A stretch of 63,975 nt of DNA, counting the filler, from Caldilineae bacterium (GTDB lineage Bacteria; Chloroflexota; Anaerolineae; DTLA01), in NCBI GenBank assembly GCA_037446815.1. It is 8 parts of 8 records of this genome, joined end to end, with 100 filler letters (N's around TTAATTAATTAA, not from the genome) between each part and the next. Parts side by side here need not be neighbours in the genome. Positions count along the whole stretch, not along the records: positions 17,374 to 25,468 come from JBBIHX010000134.1; positions 25,569 to 33,325 come from JBBIHX010000136.1; 6 more parts are not named here. One strand, 5' to 3'. Positions 19,333 through 29,396 of this stretch are shown one piece after another; the stretch's first letter is position 1; each line of letters opens with the position of its first letter. The notes beneath the pieces were generated by a model, which saw only the letters and a program-made list of their open reading frames with translations, had not been told where the DNA came from and made no database searches. The position numbers were made by a program, and so were the translations under genes.

Positions 19333-19608
19333 CTACGGCTGCCCGAGGAGCGAGTAGATGAGCACGGCGACAACGATTCCCATGGCAATCCCGCCCCAGC
19401 GCGTTGCCGTGATCTGGAACGCGCGGGATGGCGGGAGGAACTGCCGCAGTTTGGCGGCCCCCCATGTCTGGCTGGCGATGGTGAGGGCCAAGCCCATGAT
19501 GAGCATCAGGGTTGGCCCGGGCCACTCGCTCGGCTGGCGCAGCAGATAGACGAGCGAGCATCCGGCGATGCCCGGCCCGAGGGCGAAGATGACAAACATG
19601 AGCGACAT
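19333..19608 (-). CDS. Small hypothetical membrane protein (3 TM)
   Basis: RBS AAGGAG before MSLMFVIF; hydrophobic. Confidence 0.55.
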   Translation of the reverse strand: MSLMFVIFALGPGIAGCSLVYLLRQPSEWPGPTLMLIMGLALTIASQTWGAAKLRQFLPPSRAFQITATRWGGIAMGIVVAVLIYSLLGQP

Positions 19609-19699
19609 GACGCTGGCTCCTTGCGGCGTGTCTCTTGTGGGCCGCATTGTACCCATGCGCTCTGCCGCCGTCAACCCGGGCGAAGCGCGGCGGAGGCAT

Positions 19700-19935
19700 T
19701 GTATCCGCGAATAGCGCGAATCCGCACGAATGGTGGGGTGGAATTCTTCGCGGCTTCGCCGCTCAGGATGACGGTCTTGTTCTGTCATGCTGAGCCGAAG
19801 GCGAAGCATCTCGGGCATGAGATTCTTCGCGGCTTCGCCGCTCAGAATGACAGTTCGGCCGGGAAGGGCGTATCCACGAATGGCGCGAATGGTAAGGTGA
19901 GGTTCTTCGCGGCTTCGCCGCTCGGAATGGCCGTC
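19700..19935. repeat. Cluster of REP-like cruciform repeats and CGCGAAT-type short repeats
   Basis: Three TTCTTCGCGGCTTCGCCGCTC..ATG units. Confidence 0.8.
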
Positions 19936-19998
19936 TTTGCAACTGCGAATGCACGCGAAAGGGGAGCGTGCGTCGCACGTTGTCCGCATCGCGCCTGC

Positions 19999-20027
19999 TT
20001 GACCATGCCCGCGTCTGCGGCTACAAT
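19999..20027 (+). promoter_or_regulatory. Sigma70-type promoter TTGACC-17-TACAAT
   Basis: Upstream of ygfK. Confidence 0.7.
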
Positions 20028-20084
20028 TCCCATGCGTTACACCGCCGGCGAAGCCGGTCCATCCCGTGAGAAAGGATGTGCGAT

Positions 20085-23000
20085 ATGTCCGACATCATGA
20101 GGCCCCAACCTTTTGGCGTGCTGCTGCGCTGGATTCTCGGCGAATTGCAGCACAACGGCTCCATTTTCGGCATCCCGCAGGCGCTGTTCTACAGGCCGAG
20201 GCCCGAAGCGCCCTACGCGAGCGAGATTTTCGGCCACGCCCTGGCGACGCCCATCGGCCCGGGCGCCGGCCCGCACACGCAACTGGCCCAGAACATCGTC
20301 TGCGCGTGGCTGTCGGGCGGGCGGTTCATAGAACTGAAGACGGTCCAGATTATGGACGAGTTGAAGATAGACCGCCCGTGCATTGACATGGCCGACGAAG
20401 GGTACAACGTGGAGTGGTCGCAGGAGTTGAAACTGGAGCAGTCGGCGGGGGAGTACATCAAAGCGTGGGCGCTGCTGCATGTGCTTCGGCGCGCGCTTGG
20501 ATTTGACGATGTCCCGCTCGGCACCGTGTTCAACATGAGCGTGGGGTACAATCTTGAGGGCATCCAGAGCGGCCCCATGACGCGCTTCATGGATCGGCTG
20601 ACGGATGCGTCGCAGGAGATCGCCGAGATTCGCGGCGTGTTGGAGGCGGATTTCCCGGAGTTCGCCGATGTGGACATCCCGACGCGCCTGACCGACAACG
20701 TAACGTTGTCCACCATGCACGGGTGCCCGCCCGATGAGATTGAGCGCATTGCCCGCTACTTGATGGAGGAGCGCGGCCTGCACACCCTGGTGAAGTTGAA
20801 TCCCACGTTGCTGGGCAAAGACGCGGTGATGCGCATCCTGCACGACGACCTGGGCTTCACCGAGATTGACATTCCCGACGCCGTGTTTGAGCACGACCTG
20901 CAATATCCGCGGGCGGTGCAACTCATCCGGGCGCTGAAGGAGACCGCGCGCGTATGCGGGCTGACCTTCGGCGTGAAATTGAGCAATACGCTGGCGATGT
21001 CTAACCACAAGGGGTATCTGCCCGGCGGCGAAATGTACATGTCGGGCCGCGCGCTGTACCCCATCACCATGAACCTGTTCCGCAAATTGGTGCGCGAATT
21101 TGACGGCGACCTGACGGTATCCTATTCCGCCGGCGCAGACGCGCTGAACGTCGCCACGGTCCTGTCCTGTGGGGCGCTGCCGGTTACGGCGGTGTCGGAT
21201 ATCCTCAAGCCGGGCGGCTACTCGCGGTTCCTGCAGTACCTGGAGAACCTGGAGGGCGAGATGCGCGCGCGGTCGGCGCAGAGCCTGGCCGACCTGGCGA
21301 AGGATCGCATGGCGAATCTGGACCGCGCCGCCGAGGAGGCGCTCGCCCACCCGCGCTACAAGAAGGCGTATCATCCCTACGGCCTGCCCAAGGTGGAGTC
21401 GGCGTTGGGGCGGTTTGACTGCATCGCAGCGCCGTGCGTGGAGCAGTGCGCGGTGCGCCAAGATGTGCCCGAATATGCGCGCATGATTGTGCAGGGCGAC
21501 TATGACCGCGCGTTGGAGGTGATCGTCGCGCGCAACCCGCTCCCCGGCGTAACGGGGTACGTCTGCACGCACCTGTGCCAAACGCGCTGCACCCGTAACA
21601 ACTACGACGAGCCGGTGGCCATCCGCGCCCTGAAGCGGTTTGCGACGGAGAACGGGGAGGTTACGGTGGACATGCCCGAGCCGACCGATTACGAGGTCGC
21701 CATCGTGGGCAGCGGCCCGTCGGGGCTGGCGGCGGCGTACTTCCTGGCCCTCAGCGGCGTGCAGGCTACCATCTTTGAGGCGAAGGACGTGCCGGGCGGG
21801 ATGCTGGCCCTGGCGCCGGAGTTTCGCCTGCCGCGGGAGATCGTGCAGGAGGACATTGAGTTCATCAGGGCGCTGGGCGTGGAGATCGTGCTGTCGCACC
21901 CCATCACCGAGCCGCCGGAGCAGTTGCTGCAAGACGGGTACGATGCCGTGTACGTGGCCTGCGGATGGCAGCGGGATGCGCGACTGGGCATAGAGGGCGA
22001 GGACGGCGAAGGCGTGTTCGCGGCGCTGGATTTCCTGGCGCGGGCGGCGCGGGGCAAGGCTCCCGAATTAGGCGAGCGCGTGCTGGTCATCGGCGGGGGC
22101 AACACGGCCATGGATGCGGCGCGCACCGCTCATCGGCTCACGGGGCGGCCGGTTACGGTCGTGTACCGGCGCACACGGCAGGAGATGCCCGCCGAGCCGG
22201 AGGAGGTGCAGGACTTGCTGGATGAGGGCAACACGGTGCTGGAACTGGCGTCACCGGTGCGCATCGTGCTGGAGGAAGGCCGCGTCGTTGCCCTGGAGTG
22301 CGTGCGCAACCGCCTTGGCGAGCCCGACGCCGACGGCCGCCGCAAGCCCGTGCCCATCCCGGGCAGCGAGTTCCGGCTGGAGGCCGACGCCATCATCGTG
22401 GCCATCGGCCAGAAGCCGGATATCGCCTTCTTGAACGGGAGCGCGGTCTCGCTGCGCGGGGATGGCTCCATCGGCGTGGACGCGCAGACGGGCTGCGCCG
22501 GCCCGAGTCGCGTGTATGCAGGGGGCGACGCGGCGCGCGGCCCGGCCATCATCATCCAGGCGTGCGCCGACGGACGCCGCGCCGCGGAGGCCATCTGCGC
22601 CGAGTTGGGCGTGCCGTTCCGCGACTTGCTGCCGCGCCTGCCCGAACTGACCGGCGACGAGATTCTCGCCGTGAAACGCGCCCGCGCCCGCAAGGAGTCT
22701 CAGCGCGAGCCGGAGATGCTGCCGGTTGACCAGCGGGCGGGGTTTGACCTGGTGGAGCAGACGCTGACGGAAGAGGCCGCCCGCGCCGAGGCCGCCCGTT
22801 GCGTGCAGTGCTCGGCGCTCTGCGACAAATGCGTGGAGGTGTGCCCGAACCGCGCGAACTATGCCTATGCGGTCGCGCCGCGACGTTGGACAGTGCCGGT
22901 GCTGGCGTGCCACGATGGGAAGTTGACGGCGGTGCGCGAGGATGTGCTTGAAATCGCGCAGGTGCGCCAAATCGTGCATGTGGACGATTTCTGCAACGAA

Positions 23001-23360
23001 TGCGGCAACTGCGCCACCTTCTGCGTGCATCAGGGCAAGCCTTACCTGGACAAGCCGCGCTTGTTCTTGAGCGAGGCCGATTTCCGGCGGGAGGCCGACA
23101 ACGCCTTCTACGTGGCGGGCAACGTCATCCGCCGCCGCGAGGGTGGGCAGGAATGCGCGCTGACCGTTGAGGACGGGGGCACGGTGTACGAGGACGCGCA
23201 TGTGCGGGTGCGCCTGTCGCCCGATATGCGCGTGGAGCAGATGACGCTGAAGCAGGCTTTTGAGGGGGAATTGTCGCTTGCCGCGGCGGCGGAGATGGCC
23301 GTCGTGTACGAGGGCGTGCAGAAATCGCTGCCGTTTGTGCTGGCAGGGGTTTCGGCGTAG
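20085..23360 (+). CDS. ygfK: YgfK-type Fe-S flavoprotein oxidoreductase (putative selenate reductase subunit)
   Basis: GPGAGPHTQLAQNI, ELKTVQ, EGYNVEWS, STMHGCPPDEIE, KLSNTL, YMSGRAL; GltD-like GSGPSG/GGGNTAMD; C-terminal CNECGNC. Confidence 0.9.
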   Translation: MSDIMRPQPFGVLLRWILGELQHNGSIFGIPQALFYRPRPEAPYASEIFGHALATPIGPGAGPHTQLAQNIVCAWLSGGRFIELKTVQIMDELKIDRPCIDMADEGYNVEWSQELKLEQSAGEYIKAWALLHVLRRALGFDDVPLGTVFNMSVGYNLEGIQSGPMTRFMDRLTDASQEIAEIRGVLEADFPEFADVDIPTRLTDNVTLSTMHGCPPDEIERIARYLMEERGLHTLVKLNPTLLGKDAVMRILHDDLGFTEIDIPDAVFEHDLQYPRAVQLIRALKETARVCGLTFGVKLSNTLAMSNHKGYLPGGEMYMSGRALYPITMNLFRKLVREFDGDLTVSYSAGADALNVATVLSCGALPVTAVSDILKPGGYSRFLQYLENLEGEMRARSAQSLADLAKDRMANLDRAAEEALAHPRYKKAYHPYGLPKVESALGRFDCIAAPCVEQCAVRQDVPEYARMIVQGDYDRALEVIVARNPLPGVTGYVCTHLCQTRCTRNNYDEPVAIRALKRFATENGEVTVDMPEPTDYEVAIVGSGPSGLAAAYFLALSGVQATIFEAKDVPGGMLALAPEFRLPREIVQEDIEFIRALGVEIVLSHPITEPPEQLLQDGYDAVYVACGWQRDARLGIEGEDGEGVFAALDFLARAARGKAPELGERVLVIGGGNTAMDAARTAHRLTGRPVTVVYRRTRQEMPAEPEEVQDLLDEGNTVLELASPVRIVLEEGRVVALECVRNRLGEPDADGRRKPVPIPGSEFRLEADAIIVAIGQKPDIAFLNGSAVSLRGDGSIGVDAQTGCAGPSRVYAGGDAARGPAIIIQACADGRRAAEAICAELGVPFRDLLPRLPELTGDEILAVKRARARKESQREPEMLPVDQRAGFDLVEQTLTEEAARAEAARCVQCSALCDKCVEVCPNRANYAYAVAPRRWTVPVLACHDGKLTAVREDVLEIAQVRQIVHVDDFCNECGNCATFCVHQGKPYLDKPRLFLSEADFRREADNAFYVAGNVIRRREGGQECALTVEDGGTVYEDAHVRVRLSPDMRVEQMTLKQAFEGELSLAAAAEMAVVYEGVQKSLPFVLAGVSA

Positions 23361-23406
23361 CGGGTCTTGAAGCATCGTCATAACGCCTTGTAGAGGAGGG
23401 CATACC

Positions 23407-24441
23407 ATGCAGCGAGAACTGACCCAGACCGGCTCGCTTCTGACGCCATCCGGAGAGTTGGCGCAGGTGGGATGGTCGCGCCAGCCGCTTCTGGACTGCA
23501 ACCTGGAGGATGCGCGGTTCTATGCCCAGCGCCCGCTCCAGCGCTTCCGCATCAAGCGGTGGGACTACTACGCCGTATTCACGCCCCGCCGCTTCTTCTC
23601 GGCGACGATCGCAGACCTGGGGTACGCGGGCAACATCTTTGTGTACACGATAGACTTCCAGACCCGCGAGTTGCACGAGGAGGGGCTGGTGATTCCGCTC
23701 GGCAAGGGGATTGCGCTGCCGCGCAACAGCACCGAGGGCACCAGTCTCTATGAGGGCAAGGGCGTGCGGCTGGAGTTCAGGGCGGGGGAGAGCGAGCGTC
23801 GCGTGATGGTCTCGTGGCCGGCGTTCCACGATGGGCGCGGCGTGGAGGCCGACATCGCCCTCGCCACGCCCGCGGGGTACGAGTCCATGACCATCGTGAT
23901 TCCCATCGGGAGGCGACGATTCTACTACAACCGCAAGATCAACTGCCTGCCCGCTTCCGGTAGCCTGCGCTACGGCGATGTACACGAGACGCTGGACCCG
24001 ACGACCTGCGCGGGGTCGCTGGACTGGGGGCGCGGCGTGTGGGAGTACCGCTCGTTCTGGAACTGGGCCAGCGCGTCGGGGTTCCTGCCCGATGGGCGCA
24101 CGGTGGGCCTGAACCTGGGCCAGGGCTTCGGCGATCTGTCGGCTGCGACGGAAAACGCCCTCATCCTCGCCAACCGCATCCACAAACTGGATCGGGTGCA
24201 GTTTGACTACGTCTCCGGCGACTACATGAGGCCGTGGCGATTCACCGACAACGAAGGGAGGCTGGACCTGACGTTCACGCCGTTCTTGGACCGCACGGCG
24301 CGCACGAATCTCGGCGTCATCTTCAGCGAGGTGCATCAGATGTTCGGGCGGTACGACGGGAGAGCCGTGGCTGACGATGGCGAGGAGATTGCCATCGTGG
24401 ACTTGGTCGGGTTCGCCGAGGAGCATCACGCCCGATGGTAG
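23407..24441 (+). CDS. DUF2804 family protein
   Basis: RIKRWDYY, FYYNRKINC, LDWGRGVW, WNWASA, ENA, HQMFG, E.H.ARW. Confidence 0.8.
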   Translation: MQRELTQTGSLLTPSGELAQVGWSRQPLLDCNLEDARFYAQRPLQRFRIKRWDYYAVFTPRRFFSATIADLGYAGNIFVYTIDFQTRELHEEGLVIPLGKGIALPRNSTEGTSLYEGKGVRLEFRAGESERRVMVSWPAFHDGRGVEADIALATPAGYESMTIVIPIGRRRFYYNRKINCLPASGSLRYGDVHETLDPTTCAGSLDWGRGVWEYRSFWNWASASGFLPDGRTVGLNLGQGFGDLSAATENALILANRIHKLDRVQFDYVSGDYMRPWRFTDNEGRLDLTFTPFLDRTARTNLGVIFSEVHQMFGRYDGRAVADDGEEIAIVDLVGFAEEHHARW

Positions 24442-24470
24442 CCTTGTCGTGAGGCGGAGGAGGCGTGGGT

Positions 24471-25358
24471 ATGCGTAGGCCGTTGGCATTTGTTCTGAGC
24501 GGGGGCGGGGCGCGCGGCGCATTGCAGGTGGGGGCGCTGCGGGCGCTCTTGGAGGCCGGGTTCCAGCCGGACCTGCTGGTGGGGACTTCCATCGGCGCGG
24601 CAAACGCGGCGTACCTGGCCGTGAACGGCGTGAGCCTTCGGACCGTGGAGGCGCTAGCCGATACCTGGCGCGATGCTGCTACCGCGGATCTGATGCCGGC
24701 CAACTACCTGTGGCTGACCCTGCGGGTGCTGTTCAATCGCACGGGATGGCGGCCGTATCACCGCATGCGCGACTTCTTCATCGCCCACGGCCTGTCGCCG
24801 GACCTGCGCTTCTCCGACATTCGGGGCGTGCGCCTCATCCTTGTCGCCGCGGACTTGAACTCGGGCCGCCCGGTGCTGTACGGTGCAGACCCCGCGGATT
24901 CGGTGCTAGAGGGACTTCTGGCGAGCACGGCGCTCCCCCCGTGGGTGCGCCCGATGGAGAAGGACGACATGTTGCTCATGGATGGCGGCGTGGTGAGCAA
25001 CCTGCCGGTGGAGCCGGCTGTGGCCCAGGGCGCGCGCTCCGTGATCGCGCTGGACCTGGCCGACCCTCGTTGCATCCCCATCGGCGATGCGCAATTCGGC
25101 CCGTTCCTGGCCAAACTCATGCGGACCGTGGAGCAGCGGCAGACCGACCTGGAGATGGCGCTGGCGGCCGAGCGGGGAGTGGAAGTGTGGCGCATCGGGC
25201 TGATGGGCCCGGAGCCGATGCAGGGCTGGGATTTCAGCCACACCGAGGAGTTGATGGCCTGCGGGTACGCGATCACGCGCGAGGAACTGGCGCGACGCTC
25301 CGCCGCTCGCCCGTCCTGGTGGCGCCGCTGGCTGGGCGCGCTCAGGCCGTCGGCATAG
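24471..25358 (+). CDS. Patatin-like phospholipase
   Basis: LSGGGARG, GTSIG, DGG. Confidence 0.92.
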   Translation: MRRPLAFVLSGGGARGALQVGALRALLEAGFQPDLLVGTSIGAANAAYLAVNGVSLRTVEALADTWRDAATADLMPANYLWLTLRVLFNRTGWRPYHRMRDFFIAHGLSPDLRFSDIRGVRLILVAADLNSGRPVLYGADPADSVLEGLLASTALPPWVRPMEKDDMLLMDGGVVSNLPVEPAVAQGARSVIALDLADPRCIPIGDAQFGPFLAKLMRTVEQRQTDLEMALAAERGVEVWRIGLMGPEPMQGWDFSHTEELMACGYAITREELARRSAARPSWWRRWLGALRPSA

Positions 25359-25375
25359 GCAGGGCGCGGGAACGC

Positions 25376-25468
25376 GAGTCAGTTTCATCTTGTGTTGGTG
25401 AACCATAGGCGCACTCTCCTCGTGTGTCATTGCGAGCGAAGCGAATCAATCCCACGCCCCGGAGATTG
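25376..25468 (-). mobile_element. MITE copy (reverse), truncated by contig end
   Basis: GAGTCAGTTTCATCTTGTGTTGGTGAACC. Confidence 0.85.
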
Positions 25469-25568
25469 NNNNNNNNNNNNNNNNNNNNNNNNNNNNNNNN
25501 NNNNNNNNNNNNTTAATTAATTAANNNNNNNNNNNNNNNNNNNNNNNNNNNNNNNNNNNNNNNNNNNN

Positions 25569-25697
25569 CCGCTCTGTCATGCTGAGCCGAAGGCGATACG
25601 CCCTCGCCCTTCGGGAGGGGGCTAGGGTGAGGGGCGAGATTCTTCGCTCTCCGCCGCTCAGATTGCGGTAGATGCCAACAGACTTCGGAACCGACCC
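25569..25697 (-). mobile_element. MITE copy (reverse, type-2 cargo with nested hairpin), truncated
   Basis: GTCATGCTGAG...CCAACAGACTTCGGAACCGACCC. Confidence 0.8.
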
Positions 25698-25712
25698 TAT
25701 CCCCCGCCGCGC

Positions 25713-25741
25713 TTGCCGAATCGCTGTCCTTATTGCATAAT
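25713..25741 (+). promoter_or_regulatory. Sigma70-type promoter TTGCCG-17-CATAAT
   Basis: Upstream of the LuxR-Kelch gene. Confidence 0.6.
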
Positions 25742-25770
25742 TGCGCCAGTGCATTGGACGGAGCCGCCGA

Positions 25771-27108
25771 ATGGCATCGCAAAGCAACGAGGAACTCAGC
25801 GAGCGCGAACTGGAACTGTTGCGACTGGTCGCCAAAGGCGCGACGAACCAGCAAATCGCGCGCGAACTGACCATTAGCGTCAACACCGTCAAAGTCCACC
25901 TGCGCAACATCTTCGCCAAACTGGGCGTGGAGTCGCGCACCGAGGCCACCATGGTCGCCGTGCAGCGAGGGCTGATTCAGGTGGAAGTGCCCCCTGCCCA
26001 GGCTGCCCAGGAGGCCGCGCCGGCGCCTTCCGCCTTCGCGTGGCCGCCCCCTGTGCGCCCGTTCGCTTGGCAGCGCGTGTATCTTGTGGTGGCCGCCGCC
26101 GTCGCCATCGCCCTCGCCGTCGTGAGCATGGCGGGCCCGCGCCCCCAGGCGCGTAATGCTGCCGACCCCTTCCTGGACAGCAGCGCAGTCGCCCCCACGA
26201 TGCCACAGCAGCTCCCGCCCCGCTGGGCCATGCGCGCCCCCTTGCCAGCCGCGCGGGCCCGTCTGGCCGTAGTGTCCACGCCGGCCGGAGTATTCGCCAT
26301 CGGCGGCGTGGCCAATGGCCAGGTTACCGGCGCGGTGGAGCAGTACGTGCCCGCGGAAGACCGATGGATCGCCCATCCGCCCAAACCCACACCCGCGGCC
26401 AACATCGGCGCGGTGCTGGTGGATGGTCGCATCTACGTCCCGGGGGGACACGACGCCCAGGGCCGCGTCCTGAACGTCTTGGAAATCTATGACCCGGACA
26501 CCCGCGAGTGGACGCAGGGCCCACCCCTTCCCGCGCCGCGCGCGGCCTACGCCATCGCCGAAGAAGCGGGCCGCATCTACGTGTTCGGCGGCTGGGACGG
26601 ATACCGGTACGTGGACACAGTCCTCCAGTTCTCACCCGATACAGGAGCCTGGATCGCCCTGACCCCGATGCCGAAAGCCCTCGGATTCCAGGCAGCCGCA
26701 TCGCTCGGCGGCAAGATCTTCCTCATCGGTGGCTACGACGGCAGCAAGGAGTACGCGTCGTGCTACGAATATGCACCGTCTCTGGATGGGAGCGGCCCAT
26801 CGCCCTGGCGGCAATGCGCGCCGTTGTCGGTTCCCCGCGGCGGCGCATCGGCGACAGCCGTCGGCAACAGCGTGTACGTAGTCGGGGGCGGGTGGCAGGG
26901 ATTCGTCGCGTACAACGAACGCTACGAACCCCAGAATGACACATGGGTGCGGTTTCCGACGCCGATTGTCGGCCAATGGAGAAACCTCGGCGTCGCGGCC
27001 CTCGGGACGCAACTATATGCCATCGGCGGGTGGAGCGGCGAAGCGCTGGCCATCAACGCCGAATATCAGGCCATCTTCCGTGTGGTCATGCCGCGCACCG
27101 TTCGCTAA
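25771..27108 (+). CDS. LuxR HTH - TM - Kelch beta-propeller one-component regulator
   Basis: LSERELE..GATNQQIA..TVKVHLRNIF.KL; TM segment; six Kelch repeats (IYV.GG...YDP...W). Confidence 0.88.
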   Translation: MASQSNEELSERELELLRLVAKGATNQQIARELTISVNTVKVHLRNIFAKLGVESRTEATMVAVQRGLIQVEVPPAQAAQEAAPAPSAFAWPPPVRPFAWQRVYLVVAAAVAIALAVVSMAGPRPQARNAADPFLDSSAVAPTMPQQLPPRWAMRAPLPAARARLAVVSTPAGVFAIGGVANGQVTGAVEQYVPAEDRWIAHPPKPTPAANIGAVLVDGRIYVPGGHDAQGRVLNVLEIYDPDTREWTQGPPLPAPRAAYAIAEEAGRIYVFGGWDGYRYVDTVLQFSPDTGAWIALTPMPKALGFQAAASLGGKIFLIGGYDGSKEYASCYEYAPSLDGSGPSPWRQCAPLSVPRGGASATAVGNSVYVVGGGWQGFVAYNERYEPQNDTWVRFPTPIVGQWRNLGVAALGTQLYAIGGWSGEALAINAEYQAIFRVVMPRTVR

Positions 27109-27109
27109 C

Positions 27110-28012
27110 TCACAGCGGCGATTCGGCCAACTGCTTGAGTTTGGGCAGAGTCCCCTCCCAACTCATCTTGGACAAGCCCAATTTCAGCCGCAGGTGCTCG
27201 GGGTCCATGCCCGCGCGGAAATCGTGCAGCGCCGAAGTCATCCGCAGCATCTCAAAGGAGAGAGCGTCTACTCCGGCCAACTTCGCCAAGTCGGTGAGCA
27301 CGTATTCCAAGTTGCGCGCGGTGCAGGGGAACAGCACGTCCTTTGGCTGGTATTGCTGGCGGTACTCGCGGAGCGCCGCCACCGTTTCCGGCTTCAGCGC
27401 GAGCCGGCGCTCTTTGTACCGCGCGTACCTGGGATCGGTCGCGCGCACGCGCAGCGTCGCATGGGACGGGTCGGCGACCGACAAATCCTCCAGGCGTATG
27501 CCCATGCACTCGCTCTTCTTGATGCCAGTATCCAGCAGAAGCCGCACCAGAAGATATGGGCGCGCGTCGGGCTTCTCCGCCGTCCGAAGCGATTGCGCGG
27601 CCGCAAGCACGCTCTCCACCTGCGCGTCCGACAGCACCAGGGGCAGCGGCGTCGCAACGGGGCGATGGGCAATCGTCGCCGCGGGATCTACCGGGATAAC
27701 GCCGCTCTCCGCGAGCCATTTGAAGAAGACCTTCAACGTCGTTAGGCGGCGCGCGAACGACTTGGGCGTGCACGGCTTTCCCCGCTCGCGCTGCAAGTAC
27801 GTCAAGAAGCGGTTCAGATCGGCAGTGGAAATCTCCGAAACCCGAACTCCCGCGCCCAGGTAGTTGGCAAAGATGCGCAGGTCTCCCAAGAACGACTTGA
27901 TGGTATTCTCCGCGAACCCCTTGCGCTCCATGTGGCGGCGGAACGGCTCAAACGACTCACCCAGCGTGGGCGCCGCCCCGCTCCCCCACAAAGGCAACTG
28001 CTGCTCGTACAT
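27110..28012 (-). CDS. XerC/D-like tyrosine recombinase homolog with degenerate active site
   Basis: SAM-like N-domain (NTIKSFLGDL, ARRLTTLKVFF); box I DTGIKKSE; box II SFEMLR, LGLS. Confidence 0.8.
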   Translation of the reverse strand: MYEQQLPLWGSGAAPTLGESFEPFRRHMERKGFAENTIKSFLGDLRIFANYLGAGVRVSEISTADLNRFLTYLQRERGKPCTPKSFARRLTTLKVFFKWLAESGVIPVDPAATIAHRPVATPLPLVLSDAQVESVLAAAQSLRTAEKPDARPYLLVRLLLDTGIKKSECMGIRLEDLSVADPSHATLRVRATDPRYARYKERRLALKPETVAALREYRQQYQPKDVLFPCTARNLEYVLTDLAKLAGVDALSFEMLRMTSALHDFRAGMDPEHLRLKLGLSKMSWEGTLPKLKQLAESPL

Positions 28013-28110
28013 GGGTCTCCTCCTCGGATGTAGCGCCGCTATTCCTGACTGGACAAATCATAGCATTCTTGGCCGCATCCGTCCATTCGCTCCCCTCGCC
28101 GTCGGCAGCA

Positions 28111-29058
28111 TTACTGCACCGCCACAGCGGGCAGCCACACCCTGCGCACGACGGGCGGCGGCTGAATCGGCGGGGGCATCGCCGTCGGCGTGCGTGTGGC
28201 CGTGGGCGTCGGCGTCCACGTGGGCGCGAAAGTCGGCGTTCGCGTCGCCGTGGGCGTCGCCGTCCATGTGGGCGTGGCGCTCGGCGTGCGCGTGGGCGTC
28301 GCCGTCCATGTCGGCGTTGCGCTCGGCGTGCGCGTGGGCGTCGGCGTCCATGTCGGCGTTGCGCTCGGCGTGCGCGTGGGCGTCGGCGTCCATGTCGGCG
28401 TTGCGCTCGGCGTCCGCGTCGCCGTGGGTGTTGGCGTGGGCGTCTGCCACGAGTGGCTAGCGAAATCCTGCGTCCAATAGTGATAGTATGGCCCGTAGGT
28501 GTCGTCGGCATCGTACACGTACCCGACGCCGATGTGGTGGTATGAGGGATTCAGAATGTTCGCGCGATGTCCAGGGCTGTTCATCCAAGCCGCCACAACC
28601 TGTTCAGGCGTCGTGTAGCCAGCCGCGATGTTCTCCCCGCATGTCCAGATGGGCGAGTATCCGGCGGCCGCCATGCGACCACACGCCGACGAGCCATCGG
28701 AGCCCGTGTGGTCAAAGAAGTTGTGGTCGGCCATATCCCGACTGTGGCCCAGCGCGGCCGCGTTCAGCGAGGCGTCGCTGATGAGCGGCGGCAGCCCCGC
28801 CCTGGCGCGCTCCTGGTTTGTCAGTTCAATCACCCGCTCCGCAAAGGTGGCCAGCGCCGCGGCGTCGGGGGCTGTGCCATCGTCTTCACCATGCGCCACC
28901 AACAGGAAATCCGCGCCGCCCGCCTCCGCGGGGTTAGCCCAGCCCGTCGGAGCATCTGCCGATGCGACGACCGTGGCAACGGCCACCATGAGGGCGAAGA
29001 TTCCTGCCACCCACACGCCCCGGCGCGGCCCGCGAATCCGTAACGTGCCCAATGTCAT
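28111..29058 (-). CDS. Exported CAP/SCP domain protein with Pro/Thr repeats (start approximate)
   Basis: [35 protein letters not shown]. Confidence 0.9.
   Translation of the reverse strand: MTLGTLRIRGPRRGVWVAGIFALMVAVATVVASADAPTGWANPAEAGGADFLLVAHGEDDGTAPDAAALATFAERVIELTNQERARAGLPPLISDASLNAAALGHSRDMADHNFFDHTGSDGSSACGRMAAAGYSPIWTCGENIAAGYTTPEQVVAAWMNSPGHRANILNPSYHHIGVGYVYDADDTYGPYYHYWTQDFASHSWQTPTPTPTATRTPSATPTWTPTPTRTPSATPTWTPTPTRTPSATPTWTATPTRTPSATPTWTATPTATRTPTFAPTWTPTPTATRTPTAMPPPIQPPPVVRRVWLPAVAVQ
28190..28445 (-). repeat. Intragenic 42-bp tandem repeat ([14 protein letters not shown], about 4 copies plus degenerate ones)
   Basis: Visible in DNA and translation. Confidence 0.85.
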
Positions 29059-29396
29059 CACCGTTGATCCAGATAGAGTCCGCCGACCCGCGAGCCGCAA
29101 CCCCAAGTCGGCGGTCAGAGTATGCCATGCGTTGGGTGTTCCGCCAAATTGCGCGTGCCCACGAGGAGCAGTCCGCGAGAACTGTCATTGCAGGGTGCAG
29201 AGGATGCGCAGTTAGATTATTCTCAGCGTTCTCTGGGTCTCTGCTGTGAGCCACGCAGCCGCAAGATCGGCCAAAACGCAAGAGTGCGAACATAGTACGA
29301 GATGAAACCGAGGGGTGCAGTCGGCGGAGTTGACATCCGGCCCAAACTCAGGTACCCTACACACCAGCAGCACAAGGCGCTTTCGGGGGGAAAGCC

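Noticed and set aside
20085..23360. Selenocysteine recoding in ygfK or xdh genes
   Set aside because: ORFs are uninterrupted; no in-frame TGA needed
27110..28012. Integrase marking a prophage or island
   Set aside because: Catalytic residues missing; flanking genes look chromosomal; no att repeats seen
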